This document shows, one piece after another, positions 37,258 to 51,837 of a stretch of DNA of 64,000 nucleotides (position 1 is the first letter of the stretch; every line of letters begins with the position of its first letter). The position numbers were made by a program, and so were the translations under genes. The stretch is taken from positions 1 through 64,000 of the forward strand of contig RSEE01000075.1 of NCBI GenBank assembly GCA_003971905.1, in the 5' to 3' direction. The notes under the pieces were generated by a model that was given only the letters and a program-made list of their open reading frames with translations, was not told the DNA's origin and searched no databases. Source of the DNA: Moniliella sp. 'wahieum'. Taxonomy: Eukaryota.

Positions 37258-40200
37258 ATGCCCCCCCCACGCCCCCTTCTCCCGGCCCACCCCCCCCCCC
37301 ATCCCCCGTCCTCCCCCACCAGCTACGACGAGTGGATCGCCGCCCCCGCGCCGTCGCCCGCCCACGACACCTACTACCCCCCGCCTCCCCCGCCCGCCCC
37401 GCCAACACCTTCCGCACCCTCCTCCCCGCCCACCACAGTCCCCTCACCCCCTCCTCCCACGTCACCCTCCCCACCGCCAGCACCGACCACCTGCTCTCCT
37501 CCCCCCACCTGCCCCTCCCCGCCGCCCCTTCCCCTCGCCCCCCCCCCTTTGCCAGCTCCGACTCCTACTACTCCCACTACGCCCCACCCCATGACCGTGC
37601 CTTCCCGACCGCCAAGCGCCCCTGCCCCTGCCTCTGTCCGAAGACGACTTGCCCCGCAGTGTTACCCCCCACAGACCTCGTCCTTCCCACAGCCCATGTT
37701 CTGCCCCCCCCTTGGACGAAAAGAATGATCCTTCCGTAGCGGCCCGCATCGAGACACTCACAGCATGTACCCGTTCCATTGGCTTGACCCTGGCATGGCG
37801 TCAGTTGTCCGTCCAAGGCACTGGCGTCGGTGCCAAATACGCTCCCGATATGCTCTCCTCTATTCTCGCGCCCCTGTCCTGGGCCACCAAGCCCTTCTCC
37901 CGCGCCACCTCCCCTTCTGCCAACAACGTCAACGTTCTCTTTCCTTCCTCGGGTCTCGTTCGTCCGGGCGAATCGCTCCTGGTGCTGGGCCGTCCCGAGA
38001 GCGGATGCTCCATCTTCCTCAAGACCTTGGCCAGCTACCTCGACGACGACTATGTAGTAAAAGGTGACTTGCGCTATTACCACCTCCATCCCAGCCACAT
38101 TCGCAGTCGTTTCGTACGTTGTTGCATCCATTCTTCTTTTTGTTCCTGGCGACTGGGTTCAATCGCTTTGCTGCCTCACAACTGCTACTGACACCTACCC
38201 CCCCCACCGCACCCGTGCACGCGCGCATGTATATGCGTGTTTCTCTTTCTCTCTTTTTTCTCCCAGCGAGGCGAGGTTGCCTACCTGGGCGAGGACGACA
38301 TTCACTTCCCCACCCTCACCGTGGAGCAGACGATGGACTTTGTCAATGCCGCGCGCCGCCCGGGCAGGACGCGCGTCCCGATTTGGGCACGTCAACGACC
38401 GAGGACAAGTCACGAAAAACGTACGCAGCCACCCTGCGCCATACCCTGGCCGTCGCACTTGGCCTAGAGCACAGATACACCACCAAGGTCGGCGACGCTG
38501 TCATCCGTGGCGTGTCAGGAGGGGAGAAGAAGCGGGTCAGTCTGTATGAAGGCATGGCGCTCATGTCGCGCATTCTTCTGCTGGACAACCCCACGCGTGG
38601 CTTGGACAGTAACCGCGCCACCGAACCACACAGGTCCTCCATACCGTCGCACGCGCCTCCAATGCAGTCCTGGTAGCAGCCATGTACCAAGCTGGCGAGC
38701 CCATCTTTGCTCAGTTTGACCGTGTCTGCCTCCTCAACGGTGGACGGGTGGTCTACTTTGGCCCGACGATTGCGCCGTGGCCTACTTTGACAGTCTTGGC
38801 TTTCAACAACTCCCGCACCAAAGCTCGGCCGACTTTTTGGTCAGCGTTACCGACCCGTCCGCGTGCAACGTCCAGCGGGCTTTGAAGGAGTTGTGCCGGC
38901 CACGGCGGCGGCAATGGAGGAACACTGGAACAATAGTCACCTTGCTACTCTTACACGTACCGAAACGCACGCCTTTCTTGATTCGGTCCAACCTGTTCGC
39001 AAGGACGACGACCAGAGGGGCAGCGAGTTATTGGCTGCCGCTCTCAACACCCGTAAGGCCAAGCATGCCCCGCGCAACTCACCCTTTATCACCACCTGGG
39101 CCCAACAGATCCGTATCTGTTTCCATCGCCGCTACCTGATGCAAATTGGCGATCCGGCCACCCATGTAACCATCATGATCGCCATGATTGCTCAGGGCCT
39201 CATCTTTGGCAGTGTCCTTTACCAACTTCCTCATAACACTCACGGTCTTTTTTCTCGTGCTAGCTCCATGTTCTTCATGTACGTTCCAACCTCTCCCTCC
39301 CCCACCGTTTCGCTATAATTGCACTAGGAAAAAAAATACAAAGCCCATCGCACCCCCTGTGCACCTACCCACACCACCCTTTCTCTTTCTCTCTTGCGCC
39401 AAAAAGATATACTAGGAGAGAGAGAGTGTGTGTGGGTGGGTGGGTGCGTTCAGTGACGATTTATTTTGACGTATGCGCCTCATCTCTTCCTCCCCGCAGG
39501 CTCCTCTTTACTTCCTTTATGGCTCACACTGAGATTGTGATCAGCTATGCCCAGCGTCCGATTGTCATTCGTCACAAAAAGTTTGGCATGGCGCGTCCGA
39601 GTGCCGACTCGTTGGCCAACTCGATCTTGGAAATTTTGTTTCGGTTCCCTCCCCTGGCTGTGTTTATGGTGACCATGTACTTTCTCTGTGGCCTGAGTGC
39701 GACCGCGAGCCAATTCTTCATCGCGCTTGGCATTACCTTTCTCCTTACCGAGCTGTGCGTGGGCATTGACCGTATGCTGGCAGCCATGTTCCGGGACATG
39801 TCCCACGCAGCCATGGTGGCCGGCTTGCTCGTGATTGATTTTGCCTTGTACGCCGGCTTTGCGATTCCTCAACCGTTCTTTGTCAAGTGGTGGGACTGGC
39901 TGCGCTGGTGGAACCCGATGAACATGGCATTGAAATGCTCACCACCAACGAATTTCGTACCCTGACTGCCACTTGCTCTCAAATGGTCCCGGCAGGTGGA
40001 TCCTACGACACGGTTCCGGTCGCCTACCGGTCCTGCTCGGCTCCGGGTGTTCCGCCAGGGACAGATAAGGTGTCTGGATCCGAGTATCTCAAGCTCGCTT
40101 ATGGTTGTACGTCCTCCTCATCCTTATTCTTTCCTTTTACATTCCGTTTTCGTCCTTCTTCTCACCCCTGATGTTGACCGTCTGCGTTTCCTATCTGTCT

Positions 40201-42613
40201 TCTCAGTCGACTGGGACCACCGGTGGCGACTGACGGGTGCCATGCTGGGGATTTGGCTCGGATCCGTGGTGGCGTATGCGGTAGCCTGCGAGTTCCAGAA
40301 AGATGCCAGCACACGGATGGCTGCCCTTCTGTATTCGCGTCGTGCGACCAAGCTCTTGTCCCCGCTGCAGGTGATGGAGGAGCGAGCCAAGTCAGCTCGG
40401 TCGCTGGCGCACGATGCGCCTGTTGGCCCCATAGTGACGCCAAGCCACAGTGATCCCTTTCCTGGCCTTGCAGCTGCGCAGCGGGATAAAGACCAGCGCG
40501 TGTTTACCTTCCAAAATGTATGCTACGATGTGATGGTCAAGGGCCAGACGCGCCGCTTGCTGTCCGACGTAACGGGCATTGTGCCTCCGGGCCAATTGAC
40601 GGCGATCATGGGCCCCTCGGGCAGCGGCAAGACAACCTTGATGAATGTACTGGCGCAACGAACCAAGGGCCTAGGCGTCGTGTCCGGTACTTTTCTCTGT
40701 GACGGTCTCCCGCTTCCGTTGGGCTTTCAACACGAGACGGGATACTGCGAGCAAACCGACACGCATCTCTCTACGACCACTGTGCGTGAGGCGTTGCACT
40801 TCTCTGCGCTGCTGCGGCAGGCGACCGGGTCAAAGAAAGACAAGTTGGCGTGGTGCGAGCAGGTGATCGACTTGCTCGATATGGGCGCCTGGGCCGATGC
40901 GTGGTAGGCACGGCAGGCGACTGGCAAGCGCTCAGCTTGGAACAACGGAAACGACTGACGATTGCCGTCGAGGTGGCAGCCAGGCCGAGTCTGCTGTGTT
41001 TCTGGACGAACCGACGAGTGGGATGGACACCTTATCGGCCCGATCGATTGTGCATTCGCTCAAACGTCTTGCCCTTGCCGGCCAGTCCATCTCTGCACCA
41101 TCCACCAGCCTAGCGGCGACCTCCTCGCCCAGTTCGATCGTCTTCTCCTCCTTGACGAGGAAAGGTGGTGTTCAATGGTCCCTTGCACACCCCGACCCGC
41201 TCGTGCGGCGCGGTGCTGGACCACTTTCAGGTCCATGCCCATCGTCTCTGTGCCGGTGACAACCCAGCAGAGTTTATGATGGACTGCATTGCCGCCCCGC
41301 CGCCCGAAGCGACCGATTGGGCCAGCGTTTATTCGCACAGCTCCATGGCGGCCCACACCAAAGCCGCCATTGCATCTGCCATCCAAGCCGGTCGTACCGC
41401 CTCGTCTCTTCGCTCCTCCTCTGATGCGCACTTGCACGCACACGAGCACGCACAAGAGTACGGCGCTCATCTGCCCACCCAGCTGGCCCAGTTGTTCCGC
41501 CGCACCTGGATCCACTTTTGGCGCAGCCCCAATTACTTGGTGTCCAAGTTTGCGCTCAACTTGATTGCCGGTCTCTTTGTCGGCTCGTCGTTTTGGCGCC
41601 AGGGCACGCAAAGTTCCCCGTCCAACCTGGCCATTCGCGTGTTTGCTCACTTTGTTGGTACGTCCCAGCCCATTTTTTTCTTTCCTTCCTTCTCCCTCCT
41701 CTTTCCACTGCGCTGTTAATAGGGACGGATGAGCACAACCGACTAACCTGAAGAACGGGCGCGGGATGCATTCTCAGCCAACGTGCTGGCTGTCCCGCTG
41801 GCGCAGCATATGCTGCCCATGTACGTCGAGATGCGGAGCGTGTTTGAAACGCGCGAGCGGCAAGCGAAGATTTACTCGTGGTATGCGTTCCAGGCCACGT
41901 TTTTGGCGGTGGAGGTGCCGTGGGACTGGGTGTGTGGGCTGGCGTATTGGGTTCCGTGGGAGATGATGGTCGGCAACACGGGTCGCACTGGTGGTCGCTG
42001 CTGTGGTTTGTGCTGCTGTACTGCACCTTCTGGCCAGCGCTGGGCGTCTGGATCCAAAACATGGCGCCGGACGCCTTGCTGGGCGGCATCCTCTTCGAGT
42101 CGTTCTACTCGTTCTGCCTCATGTTCTCCGGCATCGTCACGCCGCCGTCGCTGATGGTTGCGTTTTGGCACTGGATGAACAAGCCACGCCGCTGCGGTAC
42201 TACATGGAAGGCCAGGCGGGCAACGCGATGCAGGGGGAGCGCGTGCGCTGCTCGGCCGTCGACCTGGTCCCGATCCAGCCGCCACCAGGATGACGTGTGC
42301 AAGCTACTTGGCCGACTTTAGTCCGACCTGGGACGACGCCCAGCGCGCCCTGGCCCAGCACACCCTCCCGCCGGGGCAAGGGTACTGGGTGCCGCTCGAC
42401 CCCGCCACCAGCGCGGGCGCGTGCGGATGGTGTCCGCTGAGCCATGCCGACGCCTACCTCGCCACGCTCGGCATGGACGCAAGTAAGCGCACGCGCGAGT
42501 GGATCTTTGCGTTGTACGTCGTGGCCAACCTGCTGTTCTGCTTTGCCTCGTTTTATGTGTTCCGCATCGCGTCCCCGCGCGCGCTGCTGGCGCGGTGGCG
42601 CCGCAAGCGCTAG
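37258..42613 (+). CDS. Full-size PDR/ABCG multidrug ABC transporter (NBD-TMD)x2
   Basis: NBD1 [39 protein letters not shown]2 [48 protein letters not shown]; two transmembrane domains; several introns. Confidence 0.95.
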
Positions 42614-42881
42614 GCGCGGCACGGGGAGGGGGACGTCGAGATGGTGATGGTGATGGTGATGGCGATGGTGATGGTGATGGCGATGGTGATGGTGATGGCA
42701 ATGGCATTGGCGGTGATGCCGGTGATGCGTCTTGGGCTGACAGCGTCATAGACCTGCGACATAGCACGTGCATCCCACTGCGGAGCCACTGCGGGGCTGA
42801 ACGTTTCAGGGTGGGCTCAGGGGAAGGGGAAGGGGCAGCCCCACCGCCCAACTCCGCTGCGGCTGCGCCTCCACCTCCGCC

Positions 42882-45800
42882 ATGCCCGCGCCTCGACCCG
42901 ACCGCCACGACGGCCGCCCGTCGCCGACGACCGCCACGACGACCGCGGCGCTGCTGGCGCTGCCGACGACGACGACCCTGCTCGACGGCGCACATGGCTG
43001 CACGTCGTCCACTCCTATGCCCAGTCCATCGCCGATGCCGACCGCTCCGAGGGCGCCACACCGCCAGCCTGCGCGCCGCCGCCAGCGCAGCACCCAGCTC
43101 TTCCACCGCATCGCTGCCTCCTTCCGCGCCGCGCCTCCCACCGCCCACACCACCGCTCTCCCTCCACGACCCCGACCTGCCCCGCTCCCCGAGCCGCCGA
43201 CGGTGCCGACGCCGCGCCGCTCCTCGGCCCGAGCGCGGGCCGCCGCCGCCTGGGCCGGCCACCCGGGCCCAGCCGCGTGGAAACGGCTTCCAGCGCACCC
43301 AAAGCCTTGACGCGCCGCCGCGTGTACATGAACATCCCCATGCCCCCTCGGAGCTGGACCGGTACGGCGAGCCCAAGGCGGTGTATGCGCGCAACAAGGT
43401 GCTCACCACCAAGTACACTGCCTTGTCTTTTCTGCCCAAGTTCCTCTTTGAGCAGTTCCGCCGCATCGCCAACGTTTTTTTTCCTCCTGCTCATTTCTCC
43501 AGATCCGCGTCGAGTTTACCGCTGGCAACCATCCCCAGGTCGCCATGCTACCGCTCGTCTTTATCCTCGGCATCACCGCCGTCAAGGACGGCATTGAGGA
43601 TTCTCGTCGGCACGTACAGGACAAGGGGGTGAACAATGTCCTACCTTGTGTTGGGACATGGCTGGCGCAACGTCAATACGCCCCACGATACCCCAGTGCA
43701 TTTCGCCGTCGTTCGCCTCCCGGGTGCGGGTGCGGGGCCGGCACTAGCAGGAACCCGTCGCGGAGGGTCCGCAAGCTTCGTGCTGCCCATGCCGAAGACG
43801 ACTTGATTGCGATGGAACGTCTGGCTCCTGCGCTGGAGCAGGACGTGGAGTCGATGCAGGACGGGCACCACGCTGTACGATGGGTCTGCAGCCTACACAT
43901 CTTCCCAGTCGTTTACCAGTCTGCCGATGTGGGCGAATCAAACTAGTGCCGCGACCACCTCGTCCAGCTCGGCTGGCTTGCACCCGCGCAAAGCCGATGT
44001 GTGGACGAGACGCGCACGGTCTCGGGCACAGTGCGGTGGGAACATACCATGAGAGAAAGTCGAGGTGGGGGATGTGCTGCCTGCAAGAAAACGAGGCGGT
44101 GCCAGCGGAGTGGTGATTCTAGCAACCTCCGACCCAGATGGCCAGGCCTACGTCGAAACCAAAAACCTGGATGGCGAGACCAACCTCAAGCCGCGCCAGG
44201 CTCTCAAGGCAACCCAAAACATCCGCTCGGAATCCGACTTGCAACAGGCCATGTTTGTTGTCGATGCCGAGGCGCCCAGGCCAACCGTACAGTTTCAATG
44301 GCGTACTCGAGTTTACTCCTGCCGTTTGCCCAAACCCAAACCCAACCTCAAAACACAAACACAAACCCAACCCAAACGGGACGGCCGATTCCGATACCTT
44401 TTCCCTGGCCGCGGCGGGTGCGACCGAGGTGGGGCGAGCGAGCATCGAGCCGTCACAATCAACGAGTTGATGTGCGTGTGCACGTTGCGCAACACGAGTT
44501 GGGCCGTGGGCCTGGTCCTGTTCACTGGCAATGACACGAGATTATGCTCAACTCGGGCGAGACGCCATCGAAGCGGTCCAAGATCGAGAAGGAAACCAAC
44601 TTCAATGTGGGCTTTAACTTTGTCTTGCTGTTTGTCATGTGCTTGTGGTGCGCTGGTGGGGGGCTCAATTCAGGCCGAACGAACGACTCAAGGGCGGTGT
44701 ATGAGCGCATTCCCTCTACGCTCTAGCCCCGCTGCCAATGGAGCCACCTTTTGCGTACGTTGTCTCCCCCCCCTTCTATCCTGCCAGGCCAGCACGTCTG
44801 GTCTGCTCTGTGCCCCGCTCACGTTTAACATCTGATTTTGTCGTAGCGCCACCATCTGTCTTTCAAAATATTCCATTCCCTCTACATCTCGATCGAAATC
44901 GTCAGACGATCCAAGCGTTTTTATCACCGAGATCGCGAAATGTATTACGAGCCACTGGATTACCCTGCATGCCCAATCGGAAATGCCGACGATCTTGGCC
45001 AGATCGAGTACATCTTTTCCGACAAGAGGGTACCTGACGCAAAATGTAATGGAGTTCAAAAATGTTCGATCGCAGGCACCACTACGGGTCGGGGCATGAC
45101 CGAGGCCATGCTCGGCGCCCTTCGGCGCCAGGGGAAAGTCGTTACGGACGTCGAGCTGGCTGAGCAGGACAGATACCTCGAGGGACGAAAAGCAAGCTAT
45201 GCTCCAACGACTGGAGGATACCTGTCCCAATCCGTATTGCAGCCGGACCTTGACAATCGTTAGCTCCCGCTCGCCACGACGCTCGGTGCGTGTCCGGCGA
45301 GCGCTGACAGGCGCAGCAGCGCGACGCGGCAATCGGCTTTTTTCGCGCGCTCGCGCTCTGTCACACGGCACTCGTCGCGTCCACCGAGGCCGGAAACGGT
45401 GGACTACAAGGCCGAGTCACCTGACGAGGAAGCGCTCGTCTCGGCCGCGCGAGACTTGGGGTTCGTCTTTGTCAAGCGCACTCACCATTTGCTCGAGGTC
45501 AACGTGTTGGGCCAGAGGGAGACGTACGAGCCGCTTCACGTGCTGGCATTTACTCGACGCGCAAAACGGATGAGCGTGATTGTGCGCGAGACGCAGACGG
45601 GTCGGATCTTGTGCTGAGCAAAGGTGCCGATTCGGTCTGTACCAACGCTTGGCTCGCGACCACGATCGTGCATTGAAAGCTCAGACGAGCAAGGACTTGG
45701 AAACGTTCGCCAATGCGGCGGCTTGCGGACCTGTGTGTGGCGTACAAGTACGTGTCGGAGGAAGCGTATGGCGCATGGGCTGAGGGTCATGCGGCAGCAG

Positions 45801-48406
45801 CTGCTTCCCTCACCGAGCGGGGACGAACGAGTGGACGAGTCGGCGGACCGGATGGAACAGGATCTGTACCTCTTGGGCGCTACAGCTCTGGAAGATAAGT
45901 TGCAACAAGGTGTGCCCGATGCGATTGCTCAGTTGCGCCGCGCAGGCATCAAGATCTGGATCTGACGGGCGACAAGCTGCAGACAGCTATCGAGATTGGA
46001 TTTAGCTGTAACCTCTTGTCGACCGACATGGAATCTTGATCCTCTCTGCCGATAGGCGGCCGACGCCGAAGCGCAGCTGATCGCTGCATGCGACAAGCTC
46101 TGCTCGCGCTGCGGTCGACCGATTGTGACGGTACCCGCGCCCGATGCGGCCACGCCGACATCTTCCGTGCCGTCGTCTCTGCCGCGGGATGGTTTGCCGT
46201 CGTGATCGATGGCGAGACGCTCAAGTGGGCGTTGCGGGCGGACCACAAACCGCTTCTTGGCGCTGACAACGCAGTGCGAGGCGGTGGTCTGTTGCCGCGT
46301 CTCGCCAGCGCAGAAGGCCGACGTGGTGCGCCTGGTCAAGCAAGGCTGTGGATCCATGACGCTCGCCATTGGTGATGGCGCCAACGATGTGGCGATGATC
46401 CAGGAGGCCCATTGCGGCGTCGGAATCGCAGGTAAGGAAGGTGCCCAAGCGGCCATGTCGGCCGACTATGCCATTGGACAGTTCCGATTCCTGGTGCGCT
46501 TGCTCTTGGTCCATGGACATTGGTCCGTGGTTCGGATTGCACGGATGCACTGTGTGTTTTCTTCAAGAACATCATTTGGACCTTGTGTCTGGCGTGGTAT
46601 CAGCTTATGGTGTGCGTATTTTCCCTTCTCCTTTTTTCTCCTTCTCCCCCCACCCCTTCATCCTCTCCTCTCTTTTCCTCTTCTCTCGCTGGGCGGGACA
46701 GGGCGATTGACCAAATATGTGGATCATGGACATGGCACAGCGAGTTTGACGGCACCTACCTCGTTCCCTACCCCTTCATCTTGCTCTTCAACTTGGTCTT
46801 TACCAGTTTGCCCAGCATCCTGCTCGGTGCGCTGGACCAGGATGTGAACGCGGCGGCGCTCATGGCGGTGCCCGAGACCTACTTCAAAGGCCGGCAGGGC
46901 AAGTACTACACCCGCCCCATCTTCTTCGGCTACATTATCGATGGCATCTACCAATCGGTCGTCTGCTTCTTTCTGCCGTGGGCCATGTGGGGCAAGTACC
47001 CCGCTACCAACGCCGATGGTCACGATATGATGTCGCTCTACTCTTTGGCACCTCGGTCGTGGGGCGGCGGTGACGTGCGCCAACTTGGCCGCGGCGGCCA
47101 TCAGCAGTTACTGGACCTGGCTCTTTTGGGTGATTGAAGTCCTGTCGATCTTTGCGTTTTTTATCTTCTCAGCCATCTACTCGGCGTTCAACTCGTTCAT
47201 CTTTGACGATGTCGCGTACTACCTGTATGCCTCGGTCCTGTTCTGGGTCACGCTGGCCATGACGGTGGTACTGGCGATGCTGCCGCGGGTGTGCTTTTTG
47301 GCGTGGCGCAGTAGCTTTTACCGGACGACTGTACGATCGTGCGGGAACAGTGGGTTGTCGGCGACCTCAAGGACCGTCTCGGTGGGGCACCGCCACCGTC
47401 GTCGCGCCGAAAAACGAAGGGACAAGCGAATGCCAAGCAAATCGCTTCCTTAGGTTTCACTCCAGAGTTGGAGGCAAGCGACAAGCACTACCAAGCTCGG
47501 AGCTCGCGCTCGCTTCCACCGCTCCACACCTTCCTTCGCCGAGTCCATCAGCGGATACCGTGCCTCGATCCCTGTGCGCCCCGACCTCGATCTCGACCCG
47601 GACGAGGCGAGTGTCTGGGCAGCTCCGGTAGACGAGTACGACGTTGGCGGCCATCGGACGCTCGTCATTCACCAAGACGGCCGTCAAGCTGGATAAGGAC
47701 ACGGCACTGCCCCAGGACGTTCCCCACGGCCAGAAGGCAAGCGCGGGGATGGACATTCGCTTGGTCGACCTCGACAACGACCTCAATCTCGACAACGACC
47801 CTGACCTCGACACCGGCCCTGACTTCGACGTCGCGCCTGCCGTCCCGCCCCTCGTCCGCTCGCCCTCGCCCTCGCCGTCGTCGGTCTATGGCCATCCATC
47901 CTTCTTCCCACCTTCTTCCCATCCCCGCCCACCCCCCGCAGAGAGAAGAGTCTGGCCGATTTGTCGGAGCCGAGCGTGCGCTATCGCTCTTGCCACCCGC
48001 CATGGGATCTGCTCCCTTGCCCGCGCCCGTGCCCGCGGGGTCGTCCTTGACGCCGCTGCCCCCGCCTCCGTCCAGTAGCACAGTCAGCTCCACCTACTCC
48101 GTTGCCTCTCCTTCCACCGCCGCGCCGCCTCCGCCCTGGGCATTCGATCGGTCCACGTACGATGAACCTGCGCGGCTGGACCGTGGGCCGAGCTGGGCGC
48201 CTCGGACGATGTGCTATCTTCCTTGGCGCCCACCGTGTCCTCTCGTCCTCTCCCTTTTCCGCGACCCCACTCTCCCGCCTCCTAACGTCCCTGCTCCCCG
48301 CGGCCCATTCACTATCCACCCACTATCCATCCTCTATCCACCCTCCCAATCCTTACCCAGGTGGACGACGACCCCCCCCCATCCCGCCTCTCCCCCAGCG
48401 CCTTGA
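42882..48406 (+). CDS. P4-type ATPase phospholipid flippase (Dnf1/Dnf2-like)
   Basis: [48 protein letters not shown] at ~45010-45026; [48 protein letters not shown]; ends approximate. Confidence 0.95.
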
Positions 48407-49587
48407 CCTCTCTTACGTCTTCCTACCGCCATGTTTCTCCTGTTTCTCTTCTATTTTCTCCCCTTCTTTTTCTCCCCTTCTCTTTTCCCTTCTCTGCCCC
48501 TAGGATCAGGCACCGCGCCAAGCACACAAGGACGCTCTCCTGCCCCACTTTGCTCTCTCTTCCGCACCCCCTTATATCTTGCGGGACGGCTGGCCTCCTT
48601 CGGCTGAACGTCCACCGCTTCGTTGTCGGGTTGGTGCTGGCACCCGTGTGTGTCGGGCACACTCCCTGTTTTGATCTAGGGTCGATTGATGTATGATATC
48701 CCATCTGTGCCGTGTCTAGACGTCGTGAGGATTGCCGTGGTGGTGTGTGGCGGCGGTACTCAGTACTCAGGATGGGTGCTGCGAATACGTACGGGGCGGG
48801 CGGGCGTGTCGGCGGCCTTCGCACGGTCAGAGGGGGCCGAGGGGACGCGCTACTGACTGGTCGGTCGGTGGAAACGAACGAAGGCGGAGAGGGCGACGAG
48901 TGTGGCGTTCAAGTCACGCACTGGTGCGTAGTCACTCGTGACGTGGCGCACCTGAGACGGAGGACTCCACCTGAGCCTCAGCGCTGAGCTGAGCTAAGCG
49001 TGCGGGTGGAGGGGCGGGATGGTTTGAGACGCGGCGCACGGATGGTTGAGCTGGGGGCTTGCCTCATCGCTTCTTCAGCGCCCCCGAAACGGGGGGCAGG
49101 CGGGTGGCCGGCGGTGCGTGCTGCTGTGCTGCTGCCCACAACTGCGCCCTGCGGGGCGGGGGGGCAGGCGCCGGGCGCCGAGGGGCCGGTGGCGGCGCCC
49201 TCGCCTGCGCTCCCAGCTCGGCGGGAGCGACGCAAGCGGGGGGGGAGACGGACCAACAACCCTCGTTTGCGTGTCCAAGGCCGGAGGGGAGACGTGGTGG
49301 GCTCGGCTGTGCTCCGCTTGCTCCTGCCAGCTCCTTTCCACGCGCCTCCATCACATCCCAGTCACCTCATCCCCGGTGGCTACCCCTCCAGCATCACCCC
49401 CATCACGCCCCCGGCCTGCTCCCCTCCTACTTCTACCTGGCCTTGGGTGTCTTGCTCTCGGCCACTCCTGCTCTCCTCGTCTCTGCCATCTCCCCACCAT
49501 CTCCCCACCATCTCCCCACCATCCCCTGCCACCCCCCCCCACCATCTCCCCACCATCTCCCCACCATCCCTCAATCGCGCGCCCCCG

Positions 49588-51395
49588 ATGGACTCGAGGC
49601 ATGCGTCGGCCGACATGCCCCCCACCCCCTCCGACCCGCCCGCCCTCCCAACCCCCCCCAAACACACCCTTCCCCTCCCGCTCCTCCCCCCGCCGCCTTC
49701 CCGTTGCCCACCGACGCTCCTCTCGCCTCCCCCCCGCCGCTGCCTGCCATGTCCTCCTCCCGCTCTCCTTCCCCTTCGGTCCCCGCATCCCGCACGCCGG
49801 CCAACCCACCCGTTGTCCAACGACCACGGCTCGACCCCCTCGACATGTCCTTCCGCTTCCCACCCGCGTCCAACCGCCCGTCTGTGAAGACATCCAATTC
49901 GTCTGCCCCAGCCGCCGCCCGTCTGGCCATGCCCCCACCCGCCCTTCCTTCCCCTCCCTCCCCCCCTCTACCCTGGCCTCCATCTTCCCGCTCCTTCTCC
50001 CGATCGAACCGCCCAAGCCTGGGCCGGCGGCGTGGGCCATTTTGCCCCCGGGTTGCGATTCAAGTTGCTGGAAGTACTTGATGCTCTCGTCGATCACATT
50101 CCTCTTCCGCGGGAGGGCGAAACAGTGACCGCGGTGGAATATGGCGCGGTGCACTCCCGTGGCCACCCGCTTCTTCAAGCCTTTGCTGCCCGCCTTTCGG
50201 CCAACTGCCTCCAAGCTCAATCTCTTCCCTACCGAACCTCCGCCCCAGCCCCAGCCGCGGCCCACGCCCGCGCACCCTTCTTTTCTCTCCTCCACACCGA
50301 CATGCCCGGCACCGATTTTCGACAGATTATGGCCAGCAACGAGCAGGACCACTTTGTACCCGAGGGACTGGCTTCCCACCTGCTCGAACACGTGTTTGAA
50401 TCCTACACCGCTCGTCCCTTTGGCGCCGCTGTCACTCCGCAGGCAACAGCTCGGTTCGGGCTCAGTCTGATGGACTTGCATTGGGCCCACCCTCGTCCGG
50501 CTCAAGTACCTGCACCGTCGATTGTTGGATCTTCCCCGCCCAGCCCAGAGGACTTACCGGACATTCCATTTGCCGGCGGATTCCCCTCCACCGTCCCCTT
50601 GCCCTCGCCTCACCCGCTAACGCCCCCGGCTGTCGCCCACCATGGACAGCAGAGCTACTTTGCCTTGCACAGGCCAACCGCCCTGGGGGACCTCGCGAGC
50701 CTTGGCGCTGGATCGGTCCCACGCCGTCCTTCAGTCTCGGACCCACGGGATCACCATACCCACCGTGCCCACCACACCCACCACTCCCACTACACCCACC
50801 ATGCCCACGTGCACCATGCACGTACATTTTCCACCCCCTTGTTGCCCCCCTCATCGGTCGCGAGCTCAGTTGCGCTGGGGTGCGATCCTGACCCGCAACC
50901 AGCCGAGGAACTAGCTTTGTTCCTCGCTGCTCGTGCGTCTGAATTTACCACTGGCGGGATCCTACTTGTTGCGTACCTTGCCGCCCCTTCTTCGCCCACT
51001 ACGTCCCTCTCTTCTCCCCATGCGCACACTACCGACTCCACCTTTGGGCGTGCTAGTCACCCCGCGCTTGCCTCCCCGCCGGACGGGAACGGTAACAGCG
51101 ACGGCAATGGAGATGGGGATGGGGATGAGGATGGGGATGGGGATGGGGACGCAGATTCGCACGATTTTTGGACGGCACTAACGACGTTGCTGGCTCCGTG
51201 CATCCAACGTCTTATCTTTACCGCTCGTATCTCCCCAGACGTAGCTCGACGCATGTTGGCTCTCCCGCTCTCCCTCCGCTCCTCGCACGATACCCGCGCC
51301 ACCTTGGATGCCCAGCAGGACTGGGACGTGGTCTGGTCGTGTGGCCTGGAAGAGGGAAAGCAAGAGCAAGAGCAAGAGCAAGAGCAAGAGGAGGT

Positions 51396-51434
<39 letters not shown>

Positions 51435-51837
51435 TGCAGGTTCAGGCGGTAGATCCAACGACCCGATCGCGAGGCACAAGTACAACCAAACTCACCTCCC
51501 CTGGCCTAGATCGGAACCTGGAGCCACACGTATTGCGCATCCAGCATGGGCCGGTGCGCGCGGGGGCGTGTTGACAAGCACGACGTTTGCGCGGGAACTG
51601 GTTGCGCTGGTGCAATCGATCTACGAGGCACATTTACGTCGTGTCCTGCGTACCCGCGCACGCTTGTCCCAGGGGTCCACGGCGATCGTCCTCGACGCCT
51701 TGTGGGAACATCTCTTGGTTCGCATACAGGATTTGCGCCAGCTCAATCATCCCCTCCTCCGCCGCCCTGTGCATGTCGAAGTGTGTGTTTGGCTCTTCAG
51801 CGGCGCAGTCGCACCTGATGCACGATGCTTGGTCTGA
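49588..51837 (+). CDS. SABATH / Methyltransf_7-like SAM-dependent methyltransferase-fold protein with low-complexity inserts
   Basis: Motifs in SABATH order: TAVEYG, LHTDMPGTDFRQI, GLSLMDLHWAH, LALFLAARASEFTTGGILLV. Confidence 0.65.

Noticed and set aside
37975..38030. Non-canonical Walker A (GRPESGCS) in ABC NBD1
   Set aside because: Lys-to-Cys in NBD1 is the normal asymmetric signature of fungal PDR transporters
45021..45040. Loss of the DKTGT phosphorylation motif in the P4-ATPase
   Set aside because: GACAAGAGGGTACCTGACG is DKTGTLT with missing bases; consistent with the indel errors seen elsewhere
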